A stretch of DNA of 63,010 nt, the filler included. It is 3 parts of 3 records of this genome, joined end to end, with 100 filler letters (N's around TTAATTAATTAA, not from the genome) between each part and the next. Parts side by side here need not be neighbours in the genome. Positions count along the whole stretch, not along the records: positions 24,915 to 48,951 come from SRR31156797_2761; 2 more parts are not named here. The stretch is one strand, 5' to 3'. Made by a program: the position numbers and the translations under genes. Under the pieces are notes generated by a model. That model saw only the letters and a list, made by a program, of their open reading frames with translations, was not told the DNA's origin and did not search any database. Each line of letters begins with the position of its first letter. The first letter of the stretch is position 1. Positions 33,622 through 44,700 of this stretch are shown here, in pieces.

Positions 33622-33956
33622 ATGCGCTCCATGTCCAGCTGATCCCCGAAGGCTTCCGACAGATCTCCGCTCAATGCTTTGAAATCTTCTTCCGATTCAA
33701 ATTCCACCACCAGTTCCCGGTCATCCAAAACTTTCAGGCGGCCTCTTTTTTTGACGATCTCGATGGCATTTTTAACATCAACGGTCACCCAGCCCTTCAT
33801 GCGCAGAACCAGTTCGTCACCTTTGAAGGCACGTTCAATGGTTAAATCAACTTTCCTTTTTTTGGCTTCCCAACCGATCACAGCGGGTTTGAGAATGGTC
33901 GGGGTGACCGGATCGTGCATGGCGGCGCATCTAAACCAGAGTTTTGCTCGAATCAT
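33618..33956 (-). CDS. Hypothetical protein (112 aa)
   Basis: ATG at 33956 preceded by AAGGA; stop overlaps the Smr start. Confidence 0.7.
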   Translation of the reverse strand: MIRAKLWFRCAAMHDPVTPTILKPAVIGWEAKKRKVDLTIERAFKGDELVLRMKGWVTVDVKNAIEIVKKRGRLKVLDDRELVVEFESEEDFKALSGDLSEAFGDQLDMERI

Positions 33957-34215
33957 TTTATTATCCTTATTTTGTCTTAAATGTTGATTTGTATGGATTA
34001 TAATGTAAAATTTTGAATTTGACTGCTTGACACACAATAACCCATTCTTTAATATCCTCAACCAGGAATTTCAAGGGACCATGGAAAGTCAACGCCTATT
34101 TGATGCCCTTGTTGTTATGAATAACCATCATGATTAAGGGGGTGGTAATCGCAAAAATTTCAGCTTTTGGTAATTGGGTTTTAAATAACCGTAACAATTA
34201 ATTCAAGGAGGAATC

Positions 34216-35163
34216 ATGAAAAATCGGATGATGATTGTTGCCATGTTTTTTATTATGCTGATGACCATGGCTGTATCACCTGCCATGGGTGAAAACACCA
34301 AACTCTGGGATGTTTACAACAATGTTCTGAAAAAGGCAAAATATGTTGATCTGACCCATGCCTTCAGCCCCGCCATTGCGGTCTGGCCCGGTTTTGGACA
34401 GGCCAAATTCAAGCCATCGGTGGCGGGGAAGAAGTATGACGGCTATTGCGAAATCGGCGAGGCTTTTGATTATAAGAAACATGGATTTATCGCCACAAGC
34501 TATGAACTGGTCACGGACCAGTACGGCACCCAGTTGGACCCGCCGGCACACTTCTATGAATACGGCGCCACCATCAGCGACCTGCCGGCCACCTACGGCA
34601 TCCGGCCCCTGGTGGTCATCGACATTCATGAAAAGGTAAAGAAGGACCCCGGCTATCACGCCACCATTTCGGACATCAAAGCCTGGGAAGCCAAATACGG
34701 AAAAATCCCCGAAGGGTCGGTCGTGGCCATCCGATCGGACTGGTACAAGAAGTGGAAAGAAACGGATCGTTTTGCTAAAAAGCCTTTTCCCGGAACAAAG
34801 CTGGATGCCCTCAAACTGCTGCATCTGGAGCGAAAAATCCTGTTTCACGGTCATGAACCGCTGGATACGGATACCACGCCCAATCTGGAAGGGGAAAATT
34901 GGTTACTGAAAAATAATTTCTGCCAAGCCGAAGGGATGATGAATCTGGATAAGGTGCCTCCGGCCGGTGCCCTGGTCATGATCGGTTTTGCCAAACCTGA
35001 AGGTGGCACGGGCGGTTATGCCCGATATATCGCGGTTTGCCCGCCGGACTGGAAATATGGAAAATCCGTTGTGGAACTCCCCGGCGCTCCCTTACCCAAA
35101 CAGCCCTACCCCAATAAGAGGGACAAAAACGGTGTGCTGAGGCCCACACCCCCTGGAAAATAA
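34216..35163 (+). CDS. Cyclase/kynurenine formamidase-family metal hydrolase with signal peptide
   Basis: AGGAGG RBS, hydrophobic signal ending AMG, VDLTH, QYGTQLDPPAHF (variant of HxGTHxDxPxH), D.DT and GGTGG.AR. Confidence 0.88.
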   Translation: MKNRMMIVAMFFIMLMTMAVSPAMGENTKLWDVYNNVLKKAKYVDLTHAFSPAIAVWPGFGQAKFKPSVAGKKYDGYCEIGEAFDYKKHGFIATSYELVTDQYGTQLDPPAHFYEYGATISDLPATYGIRPLVVIDIHEKVKKDPGYHATISDIKAWEAKYGKIPEGSVVAIRSDWYKKWKETDRFAKKPFPGTKLDALKLLHLERKILFHGHEPLDTDTTPNLEGENWLLKNNFCQAEGMMNLDKVPPAGALVMIGFAKPEGGTGGYARYIAVCPPDWKYGKSVVELPGAPLPKQPYPNKRDKNGVLRPTPPGK

Positions 35164-35168
35164 ACCGA

Positions 35169-36440
35169 TCAAACCGCTCCTTGTCCGAAGTCGGTCGGGG
35201 AGCGGTTTTCATTACCTGTTCTCCCCCTGTGCCCACGGAGCGCCTTTTTAAGAATCACCCCCGCCGCTCTTGCCATGCCGCCTTTTTCGCCCAACTGACG
35301 TTTCAGGGCCCGATAATTAGCTTTCATAAGGGACTGGCGGGCCGGATCCCGAAGAATCGCCATGGCCTCGCGGGCCAGTCCCTTTGGATCCAGATCGTAC
35401 TGAATCATTTCCGGGACAATCCGTTCCCCGGCCAACAGATTGGGCAGTCCAAGCGTCTTGGATTCAATAAAGCCTGTTGCATCCAGCATTCTCACCGCCA
35501 GCCAACTGGAACGGGAACCCTTGTAAATAATAATCATCGGCAATTCCATGAGGGTCGCCTCCAGGGTTGCCGTTCCTGAACAACAAATGGCCAGGTCAGA
35601 GGCGGCCATGGCCTCCCGGCTGTCGTAACTCAGCTGGATGATGGTTTCCAGACCGGCCCGGCATATCCAGCCTTGAATAATCTTTTCAAAATAGGGATCG
35701 GCTATGGGCAAAACAAACCGGATCGAAGCATCCGTTCTTTTCATTTCCCGAGCAGCCCCCAAAAGTACAGGCATCAGATTGTTCAACTCGTGGAGACGGC
35801 TGCCGGGCAGCAGTGTCAACAACCGGGCATTCATGCCGACCCCCAGCGAATCCCTTGCCGCCTGCCGCATTTCAGGGGAGATTGTATCGATCCGGTCCCG
35901 CAAATAGTGCCCCACGAATATTGTCCGGGCGCCGGCCTTTTTATAAACGGATTCTTCCTGACCAAAGGAGGTCAGTATCCAGTCATAGCTCCGGGCCACG
36001 ACCCGTACAATTCTTCGCCAAAGCCAAACCTGGGGCGGGAAATAAGAAACCGTGGGGATATTTCCAGCTCTGATCCAGCAACTCAATGCCAGATGAAAAA
36101 CATCGTGGCCGATCAGGACCGCCAGATCCGGCTTTTTTTTCAGTAGGTGGCGCCGGATATGGAGAAAACTGTTCAAAATTTCAGGGATGGTATCAAAGGC
36201 CTCACTGAGCCCCACGGTTCCCAGGTGGTTGCTTTTGAAAAAGACATGGACCCCCGCTTTTTCCATCTCTGCGCCACCGACACCTGTAATAACCACCCTG
36301 GGATGCGCCGATTGAAGCGCTTTGGCCAGATTTGCTCCGATCAGGTCTCCGGATACTTCTCCGGCGCTGAGAAAAATCCGGACCCTGGAACCACTGTTTT
36401 CCAGTCGATGGCCTGTATGGTGTATGCTTTTTTGTCCCAA
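35169..36440 (-). CDS. lpxB: Lipid-A-disaccharide synthase-like glycosyltransferase (GT19)
   Basis: SAGEVSGD, PPQVW.WR, FVGH, LPGSR..E, SGTATLE and LPNLLAG..IVPE.IQ. Confidence 0.85.
   Translation of the reverse strand: MGQKSIHHTGHRLENSGSRVRIFLSAGEVSGDLIGANLAKALQSAHPRVVITGVGGAEMEKAGVHVFFKSNHLGTVGLSEAFDTIPEILNSFLHIRRHLLKKKPDLAVLIGHDVFHLALSCWIRAGNIPTVSYFPPQVWLWRRIVRVVARSYDWILTSFGQEESVYKKAGARTIFVGHYLRDRIDTISPEMRQAARDSLGVGMNARLLTLLPGSRLHELNNLMPVLLGAAREMKRTDASIRFVLPIADPYFEKIIQGWICRAGLETIIQLSYDSREAMAASDLAICCSGTATLEATLMELPMIIIYKGSRSSWLAVRMLDATGFIESKTLGLPNLLAGERIVPEMIQYDLDPKGLAREAMAILRDPARQSLMKANYRALKRQLGEKGGMARAAGVILKKALRGHRGRTGNENRSPTDFGQGAV
35171..35209. terminator. Probable intrinsic terminator hairpin between convergent genes
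   Basis: AAACCGCTCC (35171-35180) pairs with GGAGCGGTTT (35199-35208); just after the cyclase stop and overlapping the last codons of the LpxB-like gene. Confidence 0.7.
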
Positions 36441-36443
36441 TGC

Positions 36444-38093
36444 CTATTTTCCCCAAATTCGAAGTAAAGGCAATTCTTTCCACTGGCGAAGCGTATTAAA
36501 CCGGGGCCCATGTGTCAAATGGAAACCCGTTCCGGTCATGTCGTTTCCGTGATATTCCGATCCTTTACACTTCCAATTAAAAAACCCCACGGCCGACAAA
36601 GTCGTGGAGAGGATCACAAGGGTGAAGGCCGCCGGGTAGAGCGGCGCCAGGGGCGGTTCCCGGGTCCAGGGGAGGCAGAGACCCATTACCAGGATGGGCG
36701 TAAGAGATGCCTCCGCCGTCCTCCCGGCCATCCCGACCGCCGGGCCGGGGCCCATGGACCGCCCCAATAGGACAAAAGCGGCGCCGAGGGCCGGCATCAT
36801 CCATGTTGTTTCCGGAACTTGGCAGTAAATCGCTGTCGCCACGCCGCAGATGAAAGCGCCCGTTCCGCAAAAAACCCGGAATGCCCTCTTGGAAATATCC
36901 CAAAATGCCCTTTTTTGAATCGCTGCCCCGAGGATTATTAATTTGAGCCCTGCCCATGCAGCGGCAATGACCGGAAAACCGGGTCCCTCCCAGAGATTTT
37001 CTGAAAAAGCGATAATGCCGAATATTGTAATCTCAAGGCATATCAGAATTAAAGATACGGACCGGTGTTTCAAAATACCGATCAAGGACCGCCGGCCCAG
37101 GTACAGTGCTTGAGCCCACCTAAGCCACGATGCCTGTATGAGAGGGATCAATGAAAAGCCTGATAGCGCCCGGACCGACACATTCCAGTGAGGGAAAAAG
37201 AGAATGCGAAGGATCAGCACGCAGGCGAAGGAGCATACGGCAAGCACCAGCCATGAACCCGGAAGTCCCATGGGCCGCAGGGGGCTTTCAAGGGGTGGGA
37301 AGGTTTTTCCCTGATCCGGATTCCGCTTCCCCGGCAGGTGGAGGGCGGCCGTGAGCAGGCAGGTGGCTGCCAGGGAAAGAGAAGTGGCAATAACCTGCTG
37401 CCATGGCCATACCGGAAATGCGTAAAGGGCGCCGTTCACGGCAAGCGCCATGGCGGCCGTAATAAAAAAAAGCTGAAACCCACCCAGGAAGAACCCGGCA
37501 AGCGGGCTTCGTGCCGAAAGAACGGCCCGGGCCTTCCCGGTAAGCGCGATGAGGGAAACCACCGCAACGCCCAGGATCGCCGTTTGCCTCAAGAGCAGGG
37601 GCCACCCTTCAGGCAGCAGATACGGCAGGTCGTTGAACCATGGTTCAACCCCGTTGGACCCCAGGAAAACCATGGACAGGGCGAAAGGCAAAATCGCCGA
37701 CCAGAGCCGGGTATCTGCGGCAAAAAGCAGTCGAATCAGAATAATCACTACCGCCAGAAGCGCCTCCATACAGGCGGTTCGGGCAATTACGCCGGTAAAA
37801 TCCGCCCCTGATTGCAACCCCCAGTACACAAAGAGCAATGCCCCTTCAGCGCACCACACAACAGCCGTCAAGGGTCGGGAAACCGCCCGGGCCCCTGCCC
37901 GAACACTCTCCCTCAGACTGAAGGCGCCCGCCACCCAGGCCAGGACCGCGGCCTGCACAAAGGGAATTACAACATGCTGGGTCACTGTTTCTAAACGGAG
38001 ATCGATTGTACGCCACACCAGCGCAAAAATCAGACCGTGGGCAACGGCATAGGAAACGGTCAACAAAAACCAGAGCCGAGCCGTAATATTCAT
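36444..38093 (-). CDS. Polytopic membrane protein of unknown function (549 aa)
   Basis: Many hydrophobic segments; stop lies 3 nt before the LpxB-like start. Confidence 0.7.
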   Translation of the reverse strand: MNITARLWFLLTVSYAVAHGLIFALVWRTIDLRLETVTQHVVIPFVQAAVLAWVAGAFSLRESVRAGARAVSRPLTAVVWCAEGALLFVYWGLQSGADFTGVIARTACMEALLAVVIILIRLLFAADTRLWSAILPFALSMVFLGSNGVEPWFNDLPYLLPEGWPLLLRQTAILGVAVVSLIALTGKARAVLSARSPLAGFFLGGFQLFFITAAMALAVNGALYAFPVWPWQQVIATSLSLAATCLLTAALHLPGKRNPDQGKTFPPLESPLRPMGLPGSWLVLAVCSFACVLILRILFFPHWNVSVRALSGFSLIPLIQASWLRWAQALYLGRRSLIGILKHRSVSLILICLEITIFGIIAFSENLWEGPGFPVIAAAWAGLKLIILGAAIQKRAFWDISKRAFRVFCGTGAFICGVATAIYCQVPETTWMMPALGAAFVLLGRSMGPGPAVGMAGRTAEASLTPILVMGLCLPWTREPPLAPLYPAAFTLVILSTTLSAVGFFNWKCKGSEYHGNDMTGTGFHLTHGPRFNTLRQWKELPLLRIWGK

Positions 38094-38174
38094 GGGCGGG
38101 GTATGGGGCTGGAAAACATTTCCGGTCGGGGCATAACGGGGCTAAAACGTGTCACTATTCTGCCCGATCCTCCG

Positions 38175-38993
38175 TCAGGAGGATAAAAGACGCCGGTTCT
38201 TTCGTAAAAAACCGAGTCCAAAAATCAACAGAATCGAGGTCAGTGCAATCAATCCCCATTGGTTCAGGGTGGGAATATCCGGCCCTATGTAGCCAGACAT
38301 GGACGCCAGTGTGGGGAAATCCGCATCCGCCACGCCATCCCCGTCGATGTCGAAAATGACCGTTGGCTGACCGTTGGCTCCAATGCCCAGCGGCAGCTGG
38401 ATCTGGGAACTGCCGTCGGCGCCGCAGCAGGGTTTGATCACCCCCAGGGATGCGATGTTGGCCACGCCGATGTTGCCGTTCTGTTCCGTGAGTGAAAGCA
38501 GCACGTTTACCGGTCCGCTCCCCGTGGAACCCTTCAGGCGCACCTGGTCGTAGGTGGCCTGGCCCGGAACCGATTTTTCCATGGTAAAGGTTCCACGGTC
38601 ATCGGGCCATCTCACCCCCCCATCGTAGGTGCCTCCGACGACGCATCCATCGGCATCAAATTGATCAAGTGTGACAGTTCGTCCTGAACTCATGAATCTA
38701 TCATATTTCCCGTCAGCGGAAAGTTTAAGAACATCGATATTAAAATCGGAGGCGGGAGCGCAAGCGGACCACGGGCTCTGAATATTGAGAACAGCCCCTG
38801 GGACTTCCCATTTCGGATAGACCTGCTGACTGCCGCCGGCCATAGCCACTGATCCGGGCCCGGTGTTTTTATGCTTACCCGGAGGGCCAAAAAAAGGGGG
38901 TTCGGGTTCTGCGGCCAGCGCGGAGGAAGACATCAATGCAACAATACCTATAATTGCGGCTGTTTTACGTAAAAATCCGCCGATCTGAATCAT
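38175..38993 (-). CDS. Secreted IPTL-CTERM sorting-domain protein
   Basis: Signal peptide ending SALA, and C-terminal DIPTLNQWG plus transmembrane helix plus RKNRR; start moved to the ATG at 38993 (GGAG upstream). Confidence 0.88.
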   Translation of the reverse strand: MIQIGGFLRKTAAIIGIVALMSSSALAAEPEPPFFGPPGKHKNTGPGSVAMAGGSQQVYPKWEVPGAVLNIQSPWSACAPASDFNIDVLKLSADGKYDRFMSSGRTVTLDQFDADGCVVGGTYDGGVRWPDDRGTFTMEKSVPGQATYDQVRLKGSTGSGPVNVLLSLTEQNGNIGVANIASLGVIKPCCGADGSSQIQLPLGIGANGQPTVIFDIDGDGVADADFPTLASMSGYIGPDIPTLNQWGLIALTSILLIFGLGFLRKNRRLLSS

Positions 38994-39251
38994 ACAACAC
39001 ACTCCATAAATCCTATGGAAATTTTTCCAAATGAACGTGCAATAGCGAAACGCATATATCAAAATGATCAAACGGCATCAAGAAAAAAGCACATCCGGGT
39101 TATCGGACATGGGCAAACCGCCTGTACACCTAACCGATCATTTTTTAAGCTGGGCATTTTCATTGACTTCAAAGAGGTGCATGTGTAAGAAAACGGGCCA
39201 TGCTTCTGGATGGGTTTAAATTTCAGCGGCCTTGCCCACGGAGAATGAAGA

Positions 39252-40409
39252 GTGATTGAAAGATCCAAAATATCAATATTATTCATAATTGGATCAACCA
39301 ATTTGGGGGGCGTGCCCACCTTTGTTTTCAATTTAATCAAGAATCTAAACAAGCGGATATTTTTTAATGTGGAGTTGATTGCTCCAAATGATGGGCAGCA
39401 TTTTGAAAAATTTTACGGGTTAATCAAGGTTCACAACAAGCGGATAAGAGGTTTTTACCCGGAGACTCTGTTTTTTATAAGGAAGCTGATCAAAGAAAAA
39501 CCTTTCAACATCGTTTATGCCAACGGCAGGGGGGCCGGTTTATACGGTCGATTGGCGGCAATGGGAACCGGCGTAAAAGTAGTATATTCATACCACGGGT
39601 TTCACTATGATCATTTTTCAGGGGTTAAAAAGATCCTCTATCTGGGATTTGAAAAGGCGTTGCTGAACCGGACCGACAAGGTCGTATGCGTATCCCAAGG
39701 GGAAAAGGAGGAAGCAATAGAGTCGGGCCTGCTGACCGAGGAAAAGGCGGTAGTGATACCTTACGGTATAGATTTTGACCGGGTGAAAGCGGACCGAACA
39801 AAAAAAACCGGGCATACCATCGGCATGTTAACCAAGATATGCGCTCAAAAGGGGATCGAATACGTGGTTCAGGCCGCAGCCCTCCTGAAGGGAAGATATC
39901 CGGATTTGCGGTGTCTCGTGGCAGGGAAGACCCTGAAAGAAGATCTTGACAGGGAGGCTGAGATTAAGAAAGCCATCAAGGTATCGGGCCTGGAACAGGT
40001 GGTGGTCTTATTGGGCGAAGTCGTTGACATAGAAAAATTTTTTCATGAAATTGACATATATGCGTCCGCGGCCCTATGGGAAGGTTTGCCCATGGCTCTT
40101 CTCGAAGCGTTTGCTTTGAGAGTACCGGTCGTGGCGACCGATGTGGTGGGAAATGGTGACCTGGTTGTTCACAAAAAAACAGGTGTGCTCGTAGAACCCG
40201 AAAGCGGCCGGTCTTTGGCTGATGGTATTGATTTTGCTTTTAGAAACAGGGATAAAATGAAAATTTATGCGGACAACGCCCACCGATTTGTCCGGCAAAA
40301 TTATTCAATGCAGACCATGGTCGAGAACCACCGGAAGCTTTACACCGGCCTTGTTGACGATTTTACCAATGACCAAAATAAATTACCGGATCCTGGCGAG
40401 GTGGGTTAG
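39252..40409 (+). CDS. Glycosyltransferase family 4
   Basis: GGVP, YHG, QKG and WEGLPMALLEA...PVVATDV.G. Confidence 0.9.
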   Translation: MIERSKISILFIIGSTNLGGVPTFVFNLIKNLNKRIFFNVELIAPNDGQHFEKFYGLIKVHNKRIRGFYPETLFFIRKLIKEKPFNIVYANGRGAGLYGRLAAMGTGVKVVYSYHGFHYDHFSGVKKILYLGFEKALLNRTDKVVCVSQGEKEEAIESGLLTEEKAVVIPYGIDFDRVKADRTKKTGHTIGMLTKICAQKGIEYVVQAAALLKGRYPDLRCLVAGKTLKEDLDREAEIKKAIKVSGLEQVVVLLGEVVDIEKFFHEIDIYASAALWEGLPMALLEAFALRVPVVATDVVGNGDLVVHKKTGVLVEPESGRSLADGIDFAFRNRDKMKIYADNAHRFVRQNYSMQTMVENHRKLYTGLVDDFTNDQNKLPDPGEVG

Positions 40410-41667
40410 CCGGTACCCGGCAATCCCTGTTGTATGGGCGCTTTTCGTAATCCATAAAATCGGATCCCTTGCCCATAAAACGGCACCGGTCCCATCAACG
40501 AACCCTGTCCGTAAAATATTGATCATTAAGCTGGTCGGCCTTGGAGATACCGTCTTGATGCTTCGACCCGTGAGGGCCTTGAGGCGCAAATACCCCGATG
40601 CATACATTGAAACCCTGGTCCCGCCATCGTCCGCGGGCCTGTTTTACCATGAACCGGCGGTTGATTGTACAAGGGTTTACGACCTTTTCGGGCGTCAAAA
40701 AGGATTGAGGCATTTCGTTGAATTACTTCTGGAATTGCGAAAGCAGAATTTTGATATGGTGTTGGATTTTGAGCAGCACATTCCCATGACAGCTGTTTTG
40801 TCATGGTTTACGGGCGCATCAGACAGAATCGGACTGGCGGGACCGGGAAACAGCCGGTCTCTGCTGCTTACAGATGTGGTTCATATGGATGGCAGTCGAC
40901 ATATGGCTGAGTACTGCCATGAGCTTGCAGTCCGTGCAGGCGCTCAAGATGTTGCAGGAGAAAACAGAGCGCTATATACGGGCGGTGATGCATGGGGAAA
41001 AATCAGACAACGGCTTTTCAAAGCGGGAATTACGGAAAAAGACATTGTCATCGGAGTTCACCCGGGCTCAGGCATCAGGGTTAAAGCAAGGAGATGGTTT
41101 CCGGACCGCTTTGCCATGCTCATAGATGAAATTCAGCACTCAACGGGCGCAAAGATCATTCTTACCGGGCGCAAAGAGGAACTTGAAGTTCTGGACCGTA
41201 TCGCCGGTCTCTGTAAATTTACGCCTGTCATCCATCGAGAAGGATTCAGCGTGGAGGAATTGGCGTGCTTAATCGGTTTTTTTGATGTCTATATCAGCAA
41301 TGATACCGGTCCCATGCACATGGGGCCGGCCATGGGAACCCCGACAATAGGGCTGTTCGGTCCGGAGAGTCCAAAGCGTTACAGACCGTTGGGTCCGAAT
41401 CACCGGGTTGTTTACAAGGGCGCCCCATGCTCTCCATGTATCCGGATTCACCTGGGGAAATCACCGGAATGTAAAATGGATGTTCCGCAGTGCATGGACG
41501 CCATAGCAGTGGATGAAGTGCTGTCCCACGTACAGGATCTGTTGCGTAAGTTTCCAAAAATATGGCGTTTTCCCCCTGTGATCCAAAATCCGTTTCAAAA
41601 ACAGGGCATTGCGGCCCGGGGGCTTGGTGGAGATGGGTTCAAAAAGATTCATATGGGATCTCGCTGA
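40369..41667 (+). CDS. Glycosyltransferase family 9 (heptosyltransferase-like)
   Basis: IKLVGLGDTVL, HPGS.....RRW, SNDTGPMH, LFGP and CSPC...C...CM; start moved to the ATG at 40369. Confidence 0.9.
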   Translation: MTKINYRILARWVSRYPAIPVVWALFVIHKIGSLAHKTAPVPSTNPVRKILIIKLVGLGDTVLMLRPVRALRRKYPDAYIETLVPPSSAGLFYHEPAVDCTRVYDLFGRQKGLRHFVELLLELRKQNFDMVLDFEQHIPMTAVLSWFTGASDRIGLAGPGNSRSLLLTDVVHMDGSRHMAEYCHELAVRAGAQDVAGENRALYTGGDAWGKIRQRLFKAGITEKDIVIGVHPGSGIRVKARRWFPDRFAMLIDEIQHSTGAKIILTGRKEELEVLDRIAGLCKFTPVIHREGFSVEELACLIGFFDVYISNDTGPMHMGPAMGTPTIGLFGPESPKRYRPLGPNHRVVYKGAPCSPCIRIHLGKSPECKMDVPQCMDAIAVDEVLSHVQDLLRKFPKIWRFPPVIQNPFQKQGIAARGLGGDGFKKIHMGSR

Positions 41668-41748
41668 ACTTTTAAGGTACATGGGGCTGTCGGTTCGAAA
41701 CGTTAATTATATGATCACTTTTTTAAATTTGACGAAGGAAAGCTTTAT

Positions 41749-44700
41749 ATGAAAAAGATATCCATCCTTTTTATTGTTATCCTTGCGCTGGGGCTTTTGA
41801 TGGCGGAAAACGGCTTTGCCCTTAACAACTGCCTCGATTTTGACGGGACCGACGATTACGTGGATGTGGGAGCGGGGCCCGGCGTAGTAAAATCTGTCGA
41901 GTTCTGGGTGAAACCCTTCAATGCAACGGATTATTTCCTGGATCTTGACGGGGGAGGGCATCTGCTGTGGGCAGATGCCGGAACCTTGACGGCCACGGGC
42001 TTTACAAGTCCCTCCATCTATATAAACGGTGTTCTAACCACCACGATCGCCGCCGGCCGGTGGCAGCATGTGGCGGTGACCATGGATACGGGGATCGATG
42101 CCGCTGATTTGAACATGGGCCGGTCCGCGGCCAACTATCTTAAGGGGAAGATGGACGAGGTTCGGTTGTGGGACGATGTTCGCACTGAAGCGGAAATCCG
42201 TTCAAACATGTACAAGGAACTGGCCGGTACGGAACCCGGCCTGGCGGCCTACTTTAAATTCAACCAGACTTCCGGTACAAACCTTCCGGACCGATCCCCC
42301 AATTCATACGATGGATCGCTTACAAACTATGATACACAGACCGGTTATTGGCAAACATCATCGGCATTTTTCGGACCCGGAAACGCCCTGGATTTTAATG
42401 GAACGGATCAATATGTGACGATTCCCGATAACGACGCACTGGATCTGACCGCAAGCTATACGGTGGAAGCCTGGATTTACGTGCGAACCTTTCAGGTTCT
42501 GGCAGGTATTGCGGGGAAATATCAAAATGAGAACACTCATGGATTCACCCTGAGGCTGGGGTATTCGGGAGCATATAAAGGCATCAGTTTCAACGATCTG
42601 GAAACCCCGGATAATATCCTCAAGCCGAATACCTGGCATCATGTGGTGGGTGTAAAGAACGGAGATACCCGAAAAGTTTATGTTGACGGCATTGAATATC
42701 CGCTTTCAGGAACTCCCTACGCCGAAAAGGCGAATGACGATCCCGTCACCATCGGTTGTGATTTTCTTATGAACCCGCGATACATGGACGGACTCATCGA
42801 TGAAGTCCGCCTCTGGAACATTGCCCGAACAGCGACCCAGATCCGCGATGACATGTACAAAACAGTGACCGGGAGTGAAGCCGGCCTTGTTGCCTGCTAC
42901 CGGTTCGACCAGCACAATGCCGCCGGCCAGACCACCCTCTACGACATCACCGCCAACAGTAATAACGGCACCCTGACAAACATGGATCCCGCCACGGACT
43001 GGGTTTCATCCACAGCCTTCAATACCTGGGTCGGGAGCGAGGGAACGGACTGGGCCGCAGGCGGCAACTGGAGCCGCAATGCCGCACCCGTTTCCACGGA
43101 CAATGTGGGCGTTTTCAGCTATACCGGCGGCAACTCGCCCTCAGCGGGCGCCGCCGCCGATGCCAACCACCTGGCCATCGCCACAAACGCCACATTGACA
43201 TTGGGCGACAGATTAACCCTTGCCGGCAACTGGATCAATAACGGCACGGCCGACATCGGTTCGGGGACAGTGGCCTTTCAAGGAGCGGAAGAGGCCTTCA
43301 TCATCGGTGAAACCACATTCAACGATCTCACCGTGGACAAGAGCGTCCACGGAGTGACCCTCAGGGACAACTCCCAGGTGGACGGTACGCTGACGCTCAC
43401 CAATGGTCAACTGAACAATGGGTCCGCCACCCTGACATTGGGCAACGGGGCCGCCATTGAACGAAGCGGCGGTTCCCTCACCCATGCGCCCTCCTTTACC
43501 ACCTCGGTGGATCTCATTTATTCAGGCGCAACAGGTATCGCCACCGGCCATGAATTGCCCGCATCCACGACGGTCCTCAACGATTTGACCGTCAACAACG
43601 CCGGGGGCGTGGCCCTCAATGCCGATGCCGTTGTGAACCACTCCCTGGCATTGACGGACGGGCGCGTTACCCTGGGAGGCAACGACCTGACTCTGGGAGC
43701 CGGCGCCCAAGTGACCGGAGATCCGTCCGCGTCGAACATGGTCGTCACCAACGGGACGGGCGTGATGAAAAAGGTGTTTTCCGGCATCGGTTCCTTCACC
43801 TTTCCGGTGGGGGACGACACGGGGACCGCGGAATACTCCCCGGCCACCCTTGACTTCACGGCGGGAACTTTCAACTCGGCCCATGCGGCCGTGGGCGTGA
43901 CCAGCGCCAAACAGCCCCGGAATGCCAGCAACGCCGATTATCTCAACCGGTACTGGACCGTTACCCAGAACGGCATAACCGGATTCACCTGCAACGCAAC
44001 CTTCAACTATCTGCAGGCCGATGTGGCGGGTGATGAAAACGGCATCTACGGAGGCCGGTATAAAGACGGAGCCTGGACCGTCTTTAAGGCGGTGGATGCC
44101 GTAAATGACACTTTCAGCGCCACGGTTTCCGGATTTTCCGATTTTACGGGCGTGGAGGGCGCGGCCCCGTCCACCCAAGCCGGCAACATCGGCTTCAGCA
44201 ACGTAAACCGGACCCGGATGCAGGTAAGCTGGACCCGGGGGAGCGGCGGAAAAGTCCTCGTTTTGGCCCGCCTGGGGAGCGCGGTGAGCAGCAACCCGGT
44301 GAACGGAACCGGTTACACGGGCAATGCCACATTCGGCGGCGGCGACGAGATCGGTACCGGCAATTATGTGGTGTATAGCGGCACAGGGACAAGTTTGACC
44401 GTGACCGGCCTGACAGCGGACACCGCCTATTATTTCCGTGCCTATGAATATAATGACACGATCAATGAAAGATATGCCACCGGTACGGTGGCGGACAACC
44501 CCAACAACAAAACAACGCTGCCCCATGCGCCCGCGGCTCCCGCGGCAACCACCGCCACCGGCGTAACCGAGACGGGCTTTACGGCCAACTGGAACGTGGC
44601 CGCTGGTGCCGCGGGATACCGGCTGGACGTTTCCCTGAAAAGCGATTTCGGCGAGTTTGTTTCGGGATACCGCGACAAGGACGTTGGCGCCGCCACCTCC

